Below are positions 8,540 through 17,030 of a stretch of 64,000 nt of DNA, piece by piece. The notes under the pieces are model-generated. The model had not been told where the DNA came from. It ran no database searches and was given only the letters and a program-made list of their open reading frames with translations. Within the stretch, counting starts at the first letter, position 1; the number at the start of each line of letters is the position of its first letter. Source of the DNA: Desulfobacterales bacterium. Its GTDB lineage: Bacteria > Desulfobacterota > Desulfobacteria > Desulfobacterales > UBA2174. The stretch covers positions 558,860-622,859 of the forward strand of contig CAXXWC010000018.1 of assembly GCA_963668645.2 (NCBI GenBank), given 5' to 3'. A program made the position numbers and the translations under genes.

Positions 8540-9691
8540 CTACACATCCGCGGCGATGGGATAGCGGCCGAATGTCCTGACCGAATCAAACAGGGACAGA
8601 ACGTTCTGCGGCGGTACGTCCGCCTGGATGTTGTGCACGGCCCCGGCCACCAAGCCGCCGCCGGGGGCCATCTCCCGGATCAGATGGCGAACTTCATTTT
8701 TCACGTCCTCGGCGGTGCCCAAGGGGAGCACCTGCTGGGAGTCGACGCCGCCCCAAAAAACGATGCGATCACCAAAGGCCTTCTTGAGACGGGCCGGATC
8801 CATTCCGGCGGCCCGAATCTGCACCGGATTCAGGATGTCGATACCGACTTCGATAAAGTCCTCAATGAGGGCGCTTACCGCACCGCAACTATGGTAGAAG
8901 ATCTTGGCCGGAGTCAGACTGCGGATCTTCTCTACGGCCCTGGCCTGCCGGGGCTTGATAAAGCGACGATAGTGAGCCGGCGACATCAGGGTCGTCTTCT
9001 GGCCGCCCAGGTCACCGCCCTGGACCACGACGTCCAGATACTGGCCGCAGGCCGACAGTACGTGGTCGAGAAAGTCGAGGTGGATGGTCGACGTTTTCTC
9101 CAAAAGGGCCTCGACGAAGGCGGGGTTCACGAGCATGTCCATGTAGAATGCCTCCATACCCCGCAGCTTCCAGGCGCGCTCGAACCACGTCTCCCAGGCG
9201 AAGTCGCCGATAACGGCATACTGGCCGGCTTCGGCCAGACTGCGCGCCCGCTCGGTGATACCGTCCAGATAGCCAGGATCTCGTGGGTCCGGCCAGGGAT
9301 ATCGCTCCAAATCGTCGATGGTCGCCTTGGCCAACGGGGAATCGACCAGATTGAAGTACAGAGACGATTCGGGCTTGAGAAAGCCGCAGCCCCATTCATC
9401 CCGAACATGGAGTCCCCTGTCGGTTGCCTGGGGATTGAACCGCCAGCGGTGGGGTCTGCCGGGGTAGACGTAGCGGGTGTCTACACCGAGCCGCTGCAGC
9501 ACATCCTCTTCGGGCGCCACATTTTGCCGCAGCCAGTCAAACACCTCACGGTGACGGTCGATTCCGAGATGTTTCAGCAACCGGTTGTAGCTGACTTCAG
9601 AAATGGTCGTGACCCAGCCGCCCAGATCCAGGGGAACCCGGTCGGGTTCCCGGTGGTTCAAGGCGGTCAACACGCGTTCTTTCGAGTTCAT
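8540..9691 (-). CDS. Uroporphyrinogen decarboxylase-family protein, likely corrinoid methyltransferase component
   Basis: MNSKERVLTALNHREPDRVP, HSCGA, ILNPVQ, FWGGVD, HNIQADVPPQN. Confidence 0.88.
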   Translation of the reverse strand: MNSKERVLTALNHREPDRVPLDLGGWVTTISEVSYNRLLKHLGIDRHREVFDWLRQNVAPEEDVLQRLGVDTRYVYPGRPHRWRFNPQATDRGLHVRDEWGCGFLKPESSLYFNLVDSPLAKATIDDLERYPWPDPRDPGYLDGITERARSLAEAGQYAVIGDFAWETWFERAWKLRGMEAFYMDMLVNPAFVEALLEKTSTIHLDFLDHVLSACGQYLDVVVQGGDLGGQKTTLMSPAHYRRFIKPRQARAVEKIRSLTPAKIFYHSCGAVSALIEDFIEVGIDILNPVQIRAAGMDPARLKKAFGDRIVFWGGVDSQQVLPLGTAEDVKNEVRHLIREMAPGGGLVAGAVHNIQADVPPQNVLSLFDSVRTFGRYPIAADV

Positions 9692-9739
9692 TGAAATGCC
9701 TCTTTCGTGCAAAACAGGGGCGGTGCTCATGCCGGGAAA

Positions 9740-11023
9740 TTATCCAAATACCAGGTCCGGCAACCAGAGCACGAGTTGGGGGATATAGGTGATGAGGAAC
9801 ATCGAGACCATCAAGGGCACCAAAAAGGGCCAGATCGCCTTGACCACCTCCGAGACCTGCATGTCGGCCAGGTCAGCCAGAACATAGAGCCCGACGCCGA
9901 ACGGCGGGGTCAGAAAGCCGATGCAGACGTTGAGCACTTCAACCACTCCCCAGTGCAGCAGATCGATCTGGTAGGCCTGCAGAACCGGCAGAATCATCGG
10001 GGTAAAGACAAGGATGATGGCGCAGATGTCGAAAAAGCATCCGGCCAGCAAAAAAACGAGGTTCAGGATCAAAAGGACGATCCACTGCTGGTCCGTAGCG
10101 CCCATGATCAGGTCGCGGAGCAGCAGCGGCACGTTCTCCATGGTGACGATCCATCCGAAGACCGACGCCGCTCCCATGACAACCAGGATGAGCGCGGTGG
10201 TCAGGGCCGAGCCGACCACCATCGGCAGAAGGTCGCCAAGGCGCAGGGTCCGGTAGACGAAAAAAGAGATGATAAAGGCGTAGACCACGGCGACCACGGC
10301 GGCCTCGGTCGGGGTGAAAACGCCGGAAATGATCCCGCCAAGGATGATCAAGGGCGTCAGCAGGGCCCAGAAGCTGCGTTTGAAGCGCAGGATGATCTCG
10401 CCGATCGGCGCGCGCTTGGGATCAAAGGGATAACCGCGGCGGATCGAGATGATGTACACCGCCAGCATGATCGCGACGCCCATGACGACACCGGGAATGG
10501 CACCGCCGACAAATAGCCGCCCTACAGACTGCTCGGCGATCATGGCATAGAGAATCATCTGGATCGAGGGCGGCATGATGGGGCCGATGATCGAGCTGGC
10601 CCCGGTGACCCCGACAGCGAACTTCTTGTCGAAGCCGGCGTTGGTCATCATCGGAATTTCGATGCGACCGAGGCCGGCGGTGTCGGCGGTAATCGACCCC
10701 GACATGCCGGCAAAAATCATCGATGCAACGACATTGACATGCCCCAGGCTGCCGCGGATATGCCCCACCAGGCTGCGGGCAAAGCCGAACATCTCCTCGG
10801 CGATCTTCCCGGAGCTCATGATGTCGGCAGCGAGGATATAGAGTGGCAGCGCGATGAGCGAGAAAATCTCCAGGCTGCCCAGCATGCGGTGGGCGAGGAT
10901 GACCATCGGGATCGGCTTTAAAAAAAGGACGTACACCAGACTCGGTATCAGTAACGAGAACACCACCGGTACCCGCATGGCCATAAGCAGAAGGAGCAGA
11001 CCGATCAAAATGAGCGCGTTCAT
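9740..11023 (-). CDS. dctM: TRAP transporter large permease
   Basis: FAGMSGS..AD, PPSI, FTPTEAA, LTPPFG. Confidence 0.95.
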   Translation of the reverse strand: MNALILIGLLLLLMAMRVPVVFSLLIPSLVYVLFLKPIPMVILAHRMLGSLEIFSLIALPLYILAADIMSSGKIAEEMFGFARSLVGHIRGSLGHVNVVASMIFAGMSGSITADTAGLGRIEIPMMTNAGFDKKFAVGVTGASSIIGPIMPPSIQMILYAMIAEQSVGRLFVGGAIPGVVMGVAIMLAVYIISIRRGYPFDPKRAPIGEIILRFKRSFWALLTPLIILGGIISGVFTPTEAAVVAVVYAFIISFFVYRTLRLGDLLPMVVGSALTTALILVVMGAASVFGWIVTMENVPLLLRDLIMGATDQQWIVLLILNLVFLLAGCFFDICAIILVFTPMILPVLQAYQIDLLHWGVVEVLNVCIGFLTPPFGVGLYVLADLADMQVSEVVKAIWPFLVPLMVSMFLITYIPQLVLWLPDLVFG

Positions 11024-11529
11024 GGCTCAGTCCTCTTCTCTGGAAATCGGGGCCCCCCCCGATCGAACAGGGTCCGCAGGCCCCGGGCGACCCGCTGAAA
11101 CTGGAAAAACGCCATCCCGGCAAAGCCCGCAATCATGGCGGCACCGTACCAGAACTCGGACATCCGCAGCGCCGGGGTGGTACTCATCGACAGCCGGTTG
11201 GACAACCGCCAGCTCAGCCAGAGCATCACCACAATCATTCCCAGCACCAGGATGTCCCCCAGCAGGCAGACCATGCGGGCCAGGGGTGGCGGAAGCTGGT
11301 CAGTGACGACGGTGATCGCCACGTTCTTGTCGTCGCGCACCAGGAGAATGCCCCCCAGAAAAGTGATCCAAATGAGGGCGAGTACCACTACCTCCTCGGC
11401 CCAGAACAACGGAGCATTGAACAGGTAGCGCAAAATGACGCCGATCAGCAGGATCAGGACGATGGCACCGGTGCTAAAACCGATGACCCACTCGATGGTG
11501 CAGCTGACGATGCGATTGAGGTGAGACAT
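11020..11529 (-). CDS. dctQ: TRAP transporter small permease
   Basis: Four TM helices, LRYLFNAPLFWAEE. Confidence 0.92.
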   Translation of the reverse strand: MSHLNRIVSCTIEWVIGFSTGAIVLILLIGVILRYLFNAPLFWAEEVVVLALIWITFLGGILLVRDDKNVAITVVTDQLPPPLARMVCLLGDILVLGMIVVMLWLSWRLSNRLSMSTTPALRMSEFWYGAAMIAGFAGMAFFQFQRVARGLRTLFDRGGPRFPEKRTEP

Positions 11530-11601
11530 AGCCCCTCCCTTGCCCCCCTGTGGTCATACACCCTCCGGCGCAACCGGGTGCCGGAGGGCGTTTCATGCAG
11601 G

Positions 11602-12576
11602 CTACTGCTTGTTAAGCTTCTTGAGCAGTCCCGCGGTCCAAAGACCGGACTGTTCGAGTTCGCCGTGGATGGCACGAGCGGCCTTGACCCACTTTGGCCG
11701 GTCGCCCTCTTTGAAGACGACCCCGGCCTTTTCCATTGTGGCCTGTGCCTCTTTTTCCATGCCCCGGCCAAAGTCCACGAACCAGTCGGCCGACTCTTGC
11801 GACGCTTCGCTCAGGGCCTTTTGATGCGAGGGGTTCAGGGTCGCCCATTTCATTTCCGAAATCCAGGTCACGTCGTACAGTTGCATGAAATCAAGCTTGG
11901 TACAGTAGTTCAACTGCTCGTAGAACTTTTCGTCGCGGACCTGGACAATGTTGTGGACCATCCCGTTGACCACCTTCTGGGACAGCGACAAATAGACATC
12001 GCCCCAGGCGAGCGGGACGGCTGTGGCGCCCAGGCCGTTCCATGTGTCGACCAGGGCCTTTGACTGCCATACGCGCAGCTTGATACCGTTGAGTTGGTCT
12101 GGAGTCAGAATCTGGACCTTTTGTGTCCACAGGTGGAAGGCGGGCCGGAAGGCAAACCCTGGCAGGGTGCGAATACCAGTTTTTTTCCGTGTGCGTTCAC
12201 GCACTTCCTGGATATAGGTATTTGACTTGAGCTCTTCCCGCGAGAACATGAACGGCGTGCCGAAGATGGCGTAGTCCTTGTCAAAAGCGTCCATGAAGCT
12301 CTCGGATTCCTGGGCCATATCGATGGTGCCCAGGGAAAGCCCCTGAAGGATTTCCTTGATGTTGCCGAGCTGCTGCGCCGGATAGATCTCCACCTTGACC
12401 TGGTTGCCTGTTTTGGCCGCCACCAGTTCGGCAAACTTCTGCGCGCGCTGATCGAGCATACCGCCGGGGGCGGTGATATGGGCCAGCTTCAGGACGACCT
12501 GTTCTGCCGCCGGCGCCGGGCCAGCGGCAAGGCCGGCGATCAAAACCGCGGCCAGCGTCATTGCCATTTTTTTCAT
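11602..12576 (-). CDS. dctP: TRAP substrate-binding protein
   Basis: Signal peptide MKKMAMTL after GGAGGAG; YPAQQLG, GIKLRV, VYLSLSQKVVNG. Confidence 0.92.
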   Translation of the reverse strand: MKKMAMTLAAVLIAGLAAGPAPAAEQVVLKLAHITAPGGMLDQRAQKFAELVAAKTGNQVKVEIYPAQQLGNIKEILQGLSLGTIDMAQESESFMDAFDKDYAIFGTPFMFSREELKSNTYIQEVRERTRKKTGIRTLPGFAFRPAFHLWTQKVQILTPDQLNGIKLRVWQSKALVDTWNGLGATAVPLAWGDVYLSLSQKVVNGMVHNIVQVRDEKFYEQLNYCTKLDFMQLYDVTWISEMKWATLNPSHQKALSEASQESADWFVDFGRGMEKEAQATMEKAGVVFKEGDRPKWVKAARAIHGELEQSGLWTAGLLKKLNKQ

Positions 12577-12788
12577 CACTTCTCCTCCTCGTGTTGGGAT
12601 GATGTTTGGGGGGGCATACGGCCGCAGAGGCCGTGCAATGGGGAGTCGACACCACACCTTGGAAAGACGATTCAACCACACTGAACAAACGAGGGCCTGA
12701 AGGGGAAAAAATATCGCGTTGAGCAAAGGGAGGGGGAACGATCGTTGCATTGGAAAAAGTGAATAAAATTAGTTTGGTTATTGCAATA

Positions 12789-12803
12789 TGTTCAATATAT
12801 TTT
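12789..12803. promoter_or_regulatory. Putative XRE-cupin (PuuR-like) operator
   Basis: Minus strand AAAATATATTGAACA just downstream of the predicted -10. Confidence 0.4.
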
Positions 12804-12816
12804 AACCTTATTGGAT

Positions 12817-12845
12817 TTTGTACGTTATAGATTAACATCTGTCAA
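12817..12845 (-). promoter_or_regulatory. Sigma70-type promoter for the dctP operon
   Basis: Minus strand TTGACA-17 nt-TACAAA in an AT-rich intergenic region. Confidence 0.55.
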
Positions 12846-13119
12846 GCTTTTCTTTCACTTTTTTTGCCATTGCCGTGCGGTCATGACCGGACCGTGCGGC
12901 AGGGTGGGACAGGGGACGCCGCCAAAACATATAACCACTCAATATCATATTAATAAATCATCAAATAAGACGAGGCTGGAGGTATGATGGATCGTAGACT
13001 TCCGCCGCAGATGGCAGTCCGTACGGGCTGCTCCATGCGAAAGGGATTGTCGGGGGGGCATGGGTTGTGTTAAGCAGGCATGAATTTAAATCGGCCGGTG
13101 AATCGAGGCACCCGCAAAA

Positions 13120-13713
13120 GTGCCGACACAACCATTTACTGTATCACTTCAGGGCATTTCAGGCAGGATCTTGGATCTTTGCTCCCGCATACGCAACCTG
13201 CGCAAGCTCAAACGGCTGTCTTTGCGGGACATGGCGAAGGATTGCGGCGTTTCCTCCAGCATGCTCAGTCAGGTCGAGAACGGCAAGGTAGACCCTTCAC
13301 TGTCGACCCTGCGCAAGATCGCCATCGCACTGGAGGTGCCGCTTTTTTATCTGGTCATGGAAGAAGCCGATGGCGGTGGCAGGCTGATCCGTAAAGAGAA
13401 TCGGCGCCGCATTTCGTTTCATAAAAGCGGCCTGGAATACGAAATCATCCACTCGGATCCCGGGAAAAAAATTGCGGTCATGATCGGCACCCTGCAACCG
13501 GGGGGCGCCACCAGCAAAGATCCGCTGCCCCATGAGGGCGAGGAGTGCCTGATCGTTCTCGATGGCCGCCTGCGGGTGGAAATTTCACTCGAAGCGGTGG
13601 ATCTGGATAAAGAGGACAGCTTTTACTTTGATTCCTCCATCCCCCATCGTCTGACCAACACGGGCAGCGAAGCCTGCCGTTTTTATCTCATCATTACCCC
13701 TCCAAAGTTCTAG
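13120..13713 (+). CDS. XRE HTH + cupin transcriptional regulator (PuuR-like)
   Basis: LSQVENGKVDPSLSTLRKIA HTH; HEGEE...FDSSIPH cupin; exact start uncertain. Confidence 0.92.
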   Translation: MPTQPFTVSLQGISGRILDLCSRIRNLRKLKRLSLRDMAKDCGVSSSMLSQVENGKVDPSLSTLRKIAIALEVPLFYLVMEEADGGGRLIRKENRRRISFHKSGLEYEIIHSDPGKKIAVMIGTLQPGGATSKDPLPHEGEECLIVLDGRLRVEISLEAVDLDKEDSFYFDSSIPHRLTNTGSEACRFYLIITPPKF

Positions 13714-13789
13714 CAGCGGGCAACGGGGTCGCTGTTTTGCAGCCAAGTACACTGACGGCAGGACCGAGATAGATTACTCGACTTTCGGG

Positions 13790-14095
13790 ATTCGAATTGA
13801 GATGCGGCATTCGTCAACGCCACGGTTACGGCGTTCGCTCTTTGATACAGACGATTTTCACGTTGCCGTTCGTCGGTCGAAATTTCTTCCGTGGCATCAC
13901 CGTCAACGACGAACTTGCTTTCGGCAAGGATGCCCCTACCCCAGGCAATGAAAGCAACGACCTGCAACTGGCGCAAACTGATGCTGATACTGGCCGCACG
14001 GCTGTTTACCGTATTCGACCGCCTTACGGGTCAAAAACGAGAATCGGTGTTGATCATCGACGACAGCCCCTACGATCGCTCCCGATCCAATATAC
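13790..14095 (+). pseudogene. Frameshifted fragment of an IS4-like DDE transposase
   Basis: CGIRQRHGY...FTLPFVGRNFFRG, then in another frame NWRKLMLILAAR...VLIIDDSPYDRSRS. Confidence 0.65.
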
Positions 14096-14127
14096 GTTGA
14101 TGGCTTCAGGGATCGGATCGATCAGGC

Positions 14128-14156
14128 TTGACGAAACTTTATGCGCGTTATACCTT
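14128..14156 (+). promoter_or_regulatory. Sigma70-type promoter of the TA operon
   Basis: TTGACG-17 nt-TACCTT about 40 nt upstream of the antitoxin ATG. Confidence 0.45.
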
Positions 14157-14197
14157 TGTTGAAACATTGTTGGAACTCTAAGCCGCCGGAGGCTGTC

Positions 14198-14425
14198 ATG
14201 ATCAAGACTCTGACCAAACACGGCAACAGCCTGGCGCTGGTGATCGAAAAGCCGATTCTGGAGCTTCTCGGGGCCGACGTGGATACCCCCTTCGACGTGA
14301 CCACCGATGGGCAGGTGTTGATTCTTTCGCCCATCAAGGATGCCGGCCGCAGCGAAGCGTTCAAGGCTGCTCTCGACAAAGTCAACACCCGCTACCCCAG
14401 GGCCCTGAAGAAACTGGCGCAATAA
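14198..14425 (+). CDS. AbrB/MazE-type antitoxin
   Basis: MIKTLTKHGNSLALVIEKPILELL; GGAGG RBS. Confidence 0.88.
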   Translation: MIKTLTKHGNSLALVIEKPILELLGADVDTPFDVTTDGQVLILSPIKDAGRSEAFKAALDKVNTRYPRALKKLAQ

Positions 14426-14428
14426 GCC

Positions 14429-14812
14429 ATGACGTTTCTCACTTTGACCGAGGTGCTGGAGATCCACAAGGATCAGGTGGCACGGTATGGTGGTGCCAGC
14501 GGAATCCGGGATATCGGGTTGCTGAAGTCCGCCCTCGGCATGCCGCCGGCCGCTTATGGCGGCCAGTTTCTGCACACCGATATTTTCGAGATGGCCGCTG
14601 CCTATCTCTTTCACCTGGCCAAGAATCATCCCTTCTTTGATGGCAACAAGCGGGTCGGCGCGGTGGCGGCGCTAGTGTTTCTGGCCCTGAACGGCTATGA
14701 CTTCGATGCGACGCAAGATGCATTTGCCGAGATGGTTATGGCCGTGGCCCGGGGCGAACTCGGCAAGGCTGAAGTAGCCGTTTTTATCCGCCGCTGGAGC
14801 CGGAAGCTATAG
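14429..14812 (+). CDS. doc: Doc/Fic family toxin
   Basis: GIRDIGLLKSAL, HPFFDGNKR. Confidence 0.92.
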   Translation: MTFLTLTEVLEIHKDQVARYGGASGIRDIGLLKSALGMPPAAYGGQFLHTDIFEMAAAYLFHLAKNHPFFDGNKRVGAVAALVFLALNGYDFDATQDAFAEMVMAVARGELGKAEVAVFIRRWSRKL

Positions 14813-14822
14813 CCTTGGGTTC

Positions 14823-14910
14823 TCGCTGGAGGACGTGGGGTGTAGATCATCGTCGTGCTCACGTCGTTGTGGCCCGGCAGTTCCTGGACGGTACGGATGT
14901 CGTCGTAGCC
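14823..14910 (-). pseudogene. C-terminal remnant of an integron-integrase-type tyrosine recombinase
   Basis: GYDDIRTVQELPGHNDVSTTMIYT, then after a 1-nt insertion HVLQR; compare the IntI motif GYDIRTVQELLGHxDVSTTMIYTHV. Confidence 0.7.
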
Positions 14911-15136
14911 GCCATGTACAGGATCCTTGTGCAATTTTAACGGAGGGCAACCCATTTACTGTTTTTCTCCTCCTGCTTTTTCTTCCCTCACATCTTTATC
15001 GCCCCGCCCGCAGGTCCACCACGTTACCGGAACGGTGCGGGCCAATGGCTGGAAGGTGACTTGTCTGCCGACTTCCAAATTCGTGCCATATTTGGTAACC
15101 TATCAGGCCTGACACATTCAAAAATGAGATCCTGCC

Positions 15137-15655
15137 ATGCCCAAAACCGTGCCACCGATTGAGTCTCCACCCGGATCGTCTCCCTCGATCCGCTCCCTGA
15201 CGCGCCGGGAGTTCACATCCTTTACCCTGGCAATCGGGGCCACGCTCGTCGCCGGCGGTTTTCCGATTGCGGCCCATGGCCGTCAGGCCGGATCAGTGCA
15301 AACCCAATTCCAGAGACTCCGTTTGACCGACCGCCCCAGCCAGAATCCCGCCTTTCGTGCCAAAGCGCTCTGCGACGGGGGAGCGCTTCTGTGGGTCCGG
15401 CGGCAGGACGGCACCGTGACGGCCTTCGTGGTAAACCGTCTGGGGCGGCGCATTTACGAGCTTTGCGATGGACGGCGCTCCCTGGAGGCGGTTTGCCACG
15501 CCTATGCCGCCCAAACGGGTGCAACACCGGCGGCAGCGGCCGGTTTTCTCGATGATCTGGTTGAAAAAGGGGTGATTGTACGGGGCGGCTACCTGCGGGT
15601 TTCGGCGGATTTTCCCCGGCCCGGCCAGGGTGGGAGTTATGTGCACCGGTTCTGA
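15137..15655 (+). CDS. PqqD/RiPP recognition element protein with N-terminal twin-arginine signal
   Basis: TRREFT + hydrophobic stretch + AAHG; NRLGRRIYELCDGRRSLEAV...FLDDLVEKGVI winged-helix PqqD signature. Confidence 0.8.
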   Translation: MPKTVPPIESPPGSSPSIRSLTRREFTSFTLAIGATLVAGGFPIAAHGRQAGSVQTQFQRLRLTDRPSQNPAFRAKALCDGGALLWVRRQDGTVTAFVVNRLGRRIYELCDGRRSLEAVCHAYAAQTGATPAAAAGFLDDLVEKGVIVRGGYLRVSADFPRPGQGGSYVHRF

Positions 15656-17030
15656 GGCCGCCGTTCCGGAGGTGCAGGATTTCGAAACCGCTTGCCGGGT
15701 TCCGGAAACGAACATCTTCGTTCTGCCCCACGGGAGGCGGTTTATCGTCTACGCGCCGGTGCGGGGCCTCGTGCTGGAGATGAACGCCGCAGCCGTTCGC
15801 CGGCTCAAGGACCATTGCCTCAGCCGCGGCAGCATCCCGCTGCCCCCGAGCATTCAACAACGCCTGGGCGACACGGCCTGGATATTCGAGCCCGACCGCC
15901 TGGACAGCCAGCCCCCCCCGACACCGTTCGAACCCGATCGGGTCACCCTGTTTCTGACCAACCGCTGCAACCTGCGCTGCCGGTATTGCTACGCCGAAGC
16001 CGGCGGCCGGCCGGCCCGGGAGATGAGCGACCCGATCGCTGCGGCGGCCATCGACCTGGCCTGGCAAAACGCGGCGCGGCACGGAACCCCCCTCCAGGTG
16101 GGATTTCACGGCGGCGGAGAACCCACCCTGGCCTGGCGCACCCTGACCCGGGCCGTGGCCCATGCCGAATCCCTAACCCGCGGCTACCGGCCGGGCCTGA
16201 AGCTGGCACTGACCACCAACGGACTGCTGGCATCCGAACAGATCGACTATCTGGCGGACCATTTCCCGGGGATCATGCTCTCCTTGGACGGCCCGCGGGA
16301 CATTCAGGATGCCCAGCGCCCCAGGGCCGGCGGCGGCGGGTCCTTCGATGCGGTGATGGCAACGGTGAAACGGCTGCGGGCCAAACGGCTGCCCTTTGCC
16401 ATCCGTGCCACCATCACCCGTCAAAACGTGACCCGCATGCCGGAAATGGTCGATTTTTTCGTTTCCGAGACCGGATGCCGCTCTCTTCACTTCGAGCCGG
16501 CCTTTGCCTGCGGCCGCTGCGCCGGATCCGGGGACGTGCCCGGCGGCCCTGTCTTTGCCCGCGCCTATCTTTCGGCCTTCCGCCGGGGAATCGATCTGGG
16601 GGTGGCCGTTCGCTACTCGGCAGGCCGGTTGATGGGACGGCGGACCAGCTTCTGCGGGGCGGCCCAGGGCGGATTCAACGTCACTTTGGACGGCCTGGTC
16701 AGCGCCTGTTATGAGGTCTGCGACGCCGCCCACCCCCTGGCCGATACCTTCATCTATGGCCGGTTCGACAGGCAAACCGGCCGATTCGGGTTCGACCGCC
16801 GTCGCCTGGATCGGTTGCGGGCCATGGTGGTGAAAAACAAACCGCACTGCGAAAACTGCTTTTGCCGCTGGCAGTGCGCCGGGGACTGCCCGGTCCGGGT
16901 GGAGGGTACCCGGATCGATTTCGCATCTGCGAGTCCCCGCTGCGAAATGAATCAGACGATTCTCAAAGGCATGCTCGTCGAACTGGTCGAAAGGCACCCA
17001 TGGGAGCCGCCGCAAAAGACATCTTCCTGA
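15639..17030 (+). CDS. Radical SAM/SPASM domain protein 1 (putative peptide maturase)
   Basis: CNLRCRYC, FHGGGEPTL, SLDG, SPASM CGA...SAC...CENCFCRWQCAGDCP...C; GGGAG RBS. Confidence 0.93.
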   Translation: MCTGSEAAVPEVQDFETACRVPETNIFVLPHGRRFIVYAPVRGLVLEMNAAAVRRLKDHCLSRGSIPLPPSIQQRLGDTAWIFEPDRLDSQPPPTPFEPDRVTLFLTNRCNLRCRYCYAEAGGRPAREMSDPIAAAAIDLAWQNAARHGTPLQVGFHGGGEPTLAWRTLTRAVAHAESLTRGYRPGLKLALTTNGLLASEQIDYLADHFPGIMLSLDGPRDIQDAQRPRAGGGGSFDAVMATVKRLRAKRLPFAIRATITRQNVTRMPEMVDFFVSETGCRSLHFEPAFACGRCAGSGDVPGGPVFARAYLSAFRRGIDLGVAVRYSAGRLMGRRTSFCGAAQGGFNVTLDGLVSACYEVCDAAHPLADTFIYGRFDRQTGRFGFDRRRLDRLRAMVVKNKPHCENCFCRWQCAGDCPVRVEGTRIDFASASPRCEMNQTILKGMLVELVERHPWEPPQKTSS

